DNA of 54,196 nt, the filler included, from Candidatus Desantisbacteria bacterium CG1_02_49_89 (GTDB lineage: Bacteria > Desantisbacteria > UBA1551), in assembly GCA_001871075.1 (NCBI GenBank). It is 5 parts of 5 records of this genome, joined end to end, with 100 filler letters (N's around TTAATTAATTAA, not from the genome) between each part and the next. Parts side by side here need not be neighbours in the genome. Positions count along the whole stretch, not along the records: positions 45,238 to 54,196 come from MNUP01000007.1; 4 more parts are not named here. One strand, given 5' to 3'. Shown here piece after piece: positions 50,115 to 54,196 of the stretch (the stretch's first letter is position 1; each line of letters opens with the position of its first letter). The position numbers and the translations under genes were made by a program. The notes under the pieces were generated by a model, which saw only the letters and a list, made by a program, of their open reading frames with translations, did no database searches and was not told the DNA's origin.

Positions 50115-51373
50115 TCATTTTATCCTTTTCTTTTTCAATTTAATAGAAAGTTTTGCCACCATATCCTTCAATTCTTCTTCCTGTCTTTGCAGTTCTTTAT
50201 ATTCTCGCAAAGCGCCGGTTTGGTCACCGACTTTAATTTTATCAGTAATAAGCTTGGGTAAGAAATCCATATATCCGGGAGAAAGATTCTTTGCTTTTTG
50301 AAATATATCTACAGCAAGGTTATATTTTCCTAATTTCTCATAACAACAACCGACTTCAAAATATGCGGAAGAAAAAAAGGGCAGTAATTCTATCGCTTCT
50401 TTATAATTTTCTACAGCTCTTTCATAATTACCTATTCTGCTATAACAAAAAGCTAAATCATAAAATATGTTACCGCTTTTAGCTAAGTCTGGCCCTCGTT
50501 CTAAAGCCTCTTTAAAAAATCCTATTGCTCTTTTATACTGCTTTAAATCCATGAACATTTGCCCATAGAGATGAAAGATTTTATAAATCTCAGGAATATT
50601 TGTACGTATTGCTTTTTTATAAATTGAGGCTACATCTTTATAACGCCGTATCTTCTCATAGACTAAACCAAGATTAATATACGAGTCAATAAGAGCTGGT
50701 TTAAGTGAGATGGCTTTTTTGTAAGATTTTATGGCTTCATTATAATTCCTTAATTCTGTAAAAGCTTTGCCAAGATTATGCCATACACGTGCATCTTTTG
50801 GATTTTTATTCAGGGCTTTCTTAAATTGCTCTGCTGCTAAATCATATTTCATATCTTCAATATTTTTGCATCCTTTTAAAAAATTGATTCCTAAATATTT
50901 TTTATCTTCTAAATTAAATTCCTCAATCCCTTTTCCGCTGACAATAATACTTCCCATAAAAACCAAAGCTTCATTATCAGCTATTCTAAACCGTAAAAGA
51001 CCGCATTTTTTACCTTTATTATTTTTTAAAGTCAAGTTTTTACAATTAGGGTAAAAGAATTGCGAAAAAATTTCCTTATCATAAAAAATAATGATCTGCC
51101 CTGGTTTTTTTAAAATTGTTGAAGATAAAGCTTCATTATACTTATTATTTTCTTCTATATTAGCGCTATTCTTCTGGTTAAAAACTAAAAACCTTCAAAT
51201 TCCAACGTTTCATATGTTTTGTTAAAAGAAATTCTTCCGCGTTCCTCACCTTCTCTATTCTTTAGATAGGAAGTTGATTTTCTCTTACAGCGAAAATGGG
51301 CTGAAAAAGAATCTCCTATAAAACTTATAATGATCTGTCCGGAGCTTTCATCAAACGCATGTTCTTTTTGCAT
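50115..51373 (-). pseudogene. Frameshifted gene: tandem duplicated ~55-aa domain + TPR repeats (~419 aa if joined)
   Basis: TPR frame stays open upstream to ~51194; one extra T in the T5 run (51187-51191) joins it to ORF 51185-51373. Confidence 0.65.
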
Positions 51374-51595
51374 TTATATACTCTCAATATAATTTTAAAG
51401 CTGATCAAAGGAACGCAGGATAAATCCTGCGGCTACCATTCTATCAAATGTGCCAATATCATGCCTGAGGCAGACCCGCCTAAACCCAGATGGCGGGAAT
51501 GGCACCGCTACATTTGACCTTTGAGCTTTGAGCTGCAGTTAACGCATTTCCTGCCCGCCTGCCACATTTATCGCCTGGCCACTCATATAGCATAT

Positions 51596-52684
51596 TCATT
51601 TTAAACGTTTATTATGCTCAAGTAATGACCGTTCCTTTTTCAGCTCTGCAACGAGCTCTTTTTTAGTAGGCAGGTAAAACTTATATTTGGAAGCAAAAAT
51701 TTGTCTTTCTCCCCCGGGTAAAGTATAACGGACCACTGCATCATTTTTATCCGTGCAAAGAACTATCCCGATAGGATGACTCTCCCCCTCCTGTCTCATT
51801 TCACGGTCATAGTAATTAACATACATCTGCATTTGGCCTAAATCCTGATGCAGAAGTCTGCCCACTTTAAGGTCAATTAAGACAAAGCATCTCAGCAGTC
51901 GGTTATAGAATACCAAATCAATGTAAAAGTGGTCGCTCTCGAGGGTAATTCTTTTCTGCCTTGCGACAAACGAGAAACCTTTGCCTAATTCAAGGATGAA
52001 TTCTTTCAAATGCTCAATCAGAGCATTTTCCAAAGTTGTTTCCCTTAGACTGGGTTCCTCTTTTAGTCCTGCAAATTCTAAAATATAAGGGTCTTTAATC
52101 AGGTCATCTGACTTTTGAATCTCCTGTCCTTTTTTAGCCAAGCGGAGTAGCCCTTTTTTGTCCTTACTTAATGCCAAGCGCTCAAAGAGAAGAGAACTCA
52201 TTTGCCTTTCCAATTCCCTGGTTGACCAATGGTTATTCACGCATTCTATCTCATAAAAACTGCGGGCATCAGGATTATCTACTTTTAGAAGAAAGCGATA
52301 GTGTGTCCATGTTAATTTTGAACGCACTGCGTTCAATCTTGGGAATTCGTCACGCATCGCGTGACTTTTTTCAGATTCTTTACGCACTGTGTGTAGTTCT
52401 GGATAAACAAGATAGAACTGCCGCATGTATTTTAAATTTGTCTCTGTAAATCCCTTACCGACTTCGGCAGTCAATCGTAAAGATAATTCGTTAATAAGAA
52501 ATAGCCCGTATTTCGCCTGCTTTTTACCCCTCTGTTCTTCTTCTACGATTTCTCTACCGATGAGCCAGTATGCCCGCACCATCTCAGTATTGACCGCGTA
52601 TAATGCCCTATTGCGCGATTCTTCAATTATGGTGCAAACTCGTTCATATATAGAAATTGATTTCTCAATATCTCTTTTTTTCAT
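51596..52684 (-). CDS. YhcG/DUF1016 family PD-(D/E)XK nuclease
   Basis: YWLIGREI, LTWTHY, WSTRELERQ, KDPYILEF, IDLK, GQMQMYVNY. Confidence 0.95.
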   Translation of the reverse strand: MKKRDIEKSISIYERVCTIIEESRNRALYAVNTEMVRAYWLIGREIVEEEQRGKKQAKYGLFLINELSLRLTAEVGKGFTETNLKYMRQFYLVYPELHTVRKESEKSHAMRDEFPRLNAVRSKLTWTHYRFLLKVDNPDARSFYEIECVNNHWSTRELERQMSSLLFERLALSKDKKGLLRLAKKGQEIQKSDDLIKDPYILEFAGLKEEPSLRETTLENALIEHLKEFILELGKGFSFVARQKRITLESDHFYIDLVFYNRLLRCFVLIDLKVGRLLHQDLGQMQMYVNYYDREMRQEGESHPIGIVLCTDKNDAVVRYTLPGGERQIFASKYKFYLPTKKELVAELKKERSLLEHNKRLK

Positions 52685-52718
52685 TTATCGTGTCTCCTCA
52701 TCTTTTTATCAAAAGCGA

Positions 52719-52952
52719 GGGAATATCCAATTACTTTTAGCTGCCGCGCATGTCCGCCAATCTTCTGGGTGGAAGGTGCTTTCTCCACCTCTGAATATTT
52801 GTCGGATCTTCGACCGTAGCGGGCTTCAAGAAATTTTGCCTGAAACTGCGGCCGGGCAAAATTTCCAGAGTGAGCAGGTAATCAGATGCGAACGGCCCGC
52901 CGAGGGAAACACCGACAAAAGGCAGCTATTACCTGTTTGAAGCGATATTCCC
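52719..52952 (+). ncRNA. Candidate structured RNA/MITE with six stems and a pseudoknot
   Basis: Multiple exact complementary pairs (listed in the finding); G-U pairs favour the plus strand. Confidence 0.6.
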
Positions 52953-52956
52953 GAGC

Positions 52957-53754
52957 CTACCGCATTTCCTGCCCGCCGGTCACGTTGATCGCCTGGCCTG
53001 TCATATAGCCTGCCTCGTCGCCTGCCAGGAACACGAGCACGTTGCAGATGTCCTCATACGCGCAGCCCCTGCCCAGCGGCACCTGTTCGGCGTATTTCTT
53101 GCGCACTTCCTCTTTGGAGATGCCCCATTTTTTCGCGTATTGCTCGTAGAGGCTGTCCTGCCACAGCGGCGAGTCTAACAGGTTTCCGGGGCATATCGCA
53201 TTTACGCGAACACCATATGGAGCAAGGTCAAGAGCTATGCTCTGCGTCAGTCCGATGCCCCCGAACTTGGACGCCGCGTACGCGGAGTTCCAGAAACTGC
53301 CTTTTTTCCCTGATTTTGAATTTATCTGGATGATAACGCCGGATTTCTGCTCCTTCATAACCTTAGCCGCTTCCTTCGCGCAGAGGAAATAGCCGACAAG
53401 GTTCACTTCCAGGACCTTGCGCCACGCGTCGTCCGGGAATTCCGTGATCTCGAACGCCTTGAGTATCCCGGCGTTGGAAACCATGAGGTCAAGGCGCCTG
53501 TATTTCACGGTTGCTTCCTTCACCATCTTTTCAACATCAGACGCTTTTGTCACGTCCACCTGCACGCCGAAGGACCTGTCCTTCCCGAATTCCGCGTTTA
53601 TCCTTTCAGCGACCTTCTTAGCCCCGTCAAAATTCATATCCGCGACTATTACTTTTGCGCCCTCGGCGCCCAGGCGCAGAGAGATGGCCTCGCCCAGGCC
53701 CTGCGCTCCTCCGGTAACAACGGCTATTTTATCCCTTAACAGCGGCTCGCACAT
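52957..53754 (-). CDS. srlD: Sorbitol-6-phosphate 2-dehydrogenase-like SDR
   Basis: TGGAQGLG, QINSKSGKKGS, YAASKFGG, GNLLDSPLW, TGQAINVTGGQ. Confidence 0.8.
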   Translation of the reverse strand: MCEPLLRDKIAVVTGGAQGLGEAISLRLGAEGAKVIVADMNFDGAKKVAERINAEFGKDRSFGVQVDVTKASDVEKMVKEATVKYRRLDLMVSNAGILKAFEITEFPDDAWRKVLEVNLVGYFLCAKEAAKVMKEQKSGVIIQINSKSGKKGSFWNSAYAASKFGGIGLTQSIALDLAPYGVRVNAICPGNLLDSPLWQDSLYEQYAKKWGISKEEVRKKYAEQVPLGRGCAYEDICNVLVFLAGDEAGYMTGQAINVTGGQEMR

Positions 53755-53941
53755 TTCTTTCCTCCAATTTTCCAAGAAACCACAGAGGACACAGAGAAAA
53801 TAGTTTTACTCTGTGACCTCCTGAAAACTATATTCTGAAGATACTAAGAGAGCACACGGAGCTTTCATTGTATTTGAATTTAATATACCCGCAAATCTCT
53901 GTGCACTCTGTGGTATATTTTTATTTGAATCTCAATCTGTT

Positions 53942-54196
53942 TTATGGTTTGATAAGGATCTTAAGGAAATCGCCGTGTTCCAGCATGAGGTTGAAACCCT
54001 GCATAAACTCGCTGAGGCTGAACTGGTGGGAGGCAAGAGACCTGACGTCGATCGAACCGGATTGTAGGAGTTTGATGGCAGACGGGAAATCGTGGAGTAG
54101 GCTGAAGGTTCCGTAGATCGTAAGCTCCCTCTTGTAAACCTCGTAAGGATTTATGCTTATCCTGGAATCAGGCGGGCAGACCCCGAAGAAAAGGAG
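53942..54196 (-). CDS. C-terminus of a zinc-dependent (sugar) alcohol dehydrogenase, runs off the window
   Basis: Manual translation LLFFGVCPP...ELTIYGTF...LASHQFSL...KILIKP*; absent from the ORF track because it has no start here. Confidence 0.85.
   Translation of the reverse strand, partial: LLFFGVCPPDSRISINPYEVYKRELTIYGTFSLLHDFPSAIKLLQSGSIDVRSLASHQFSLSEFMQGFNLMLEHGDFLKILIKP

Noticed and set aside
53868..54116. Plus-strand 82-aa ORF
   Set aside because: The minus strand encodes a recognisable zinc-dependent alcohol dehydrogenase C-terminus here

Overview
This window concatenates five contigs of a bacterial draft genome or MAG, joined by artificial N44-TTAATTAATTAA-N44 linkers (9836-9935, 22607-22706, 30555-30654, 45138-45237), so adjacency across the gaps is not biological evidence. 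A PorV/PorQ-like barrel fragment and a sugar-rich gene set tentatively suggest an Elusimicrobiota/Firestonebacteria-like lineage (inference only). Contig 1 has a DegT aminotransferase, a LamG+GH99-like gene split by one in-frame TAG, Mut7-C, a GH38 and a structured leader. Contig 2 is a Wzx/Wzy polysaccharide cluster with a TPP E1 alpha/beta pair. Contig 3 has a GxGYxYP hydrolase, a BNR protein, cysteine synthase and a URO-D-family protein. Contig 4 has an internally deleted IS1380-like element inserted in a REP loop, two AlbA_2 regulators, a kinase-GH38-aldolase-E1 sugar operon and two promoter-driven orphan sRNA candidates. Contig 5 has gatA/gatB, a nuclease/TPR islet, a ~235-nt pseudoknotted RNA-like element and srlD. 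The most striking signal is a dense set of REP-like hairpins and 7-9-mer repeats that nest inside each other and also sit in frame inside at least five protein genes. I found no CRISPR array, tRNA or rRNA. All family calls come from motif recognition, not database searches.
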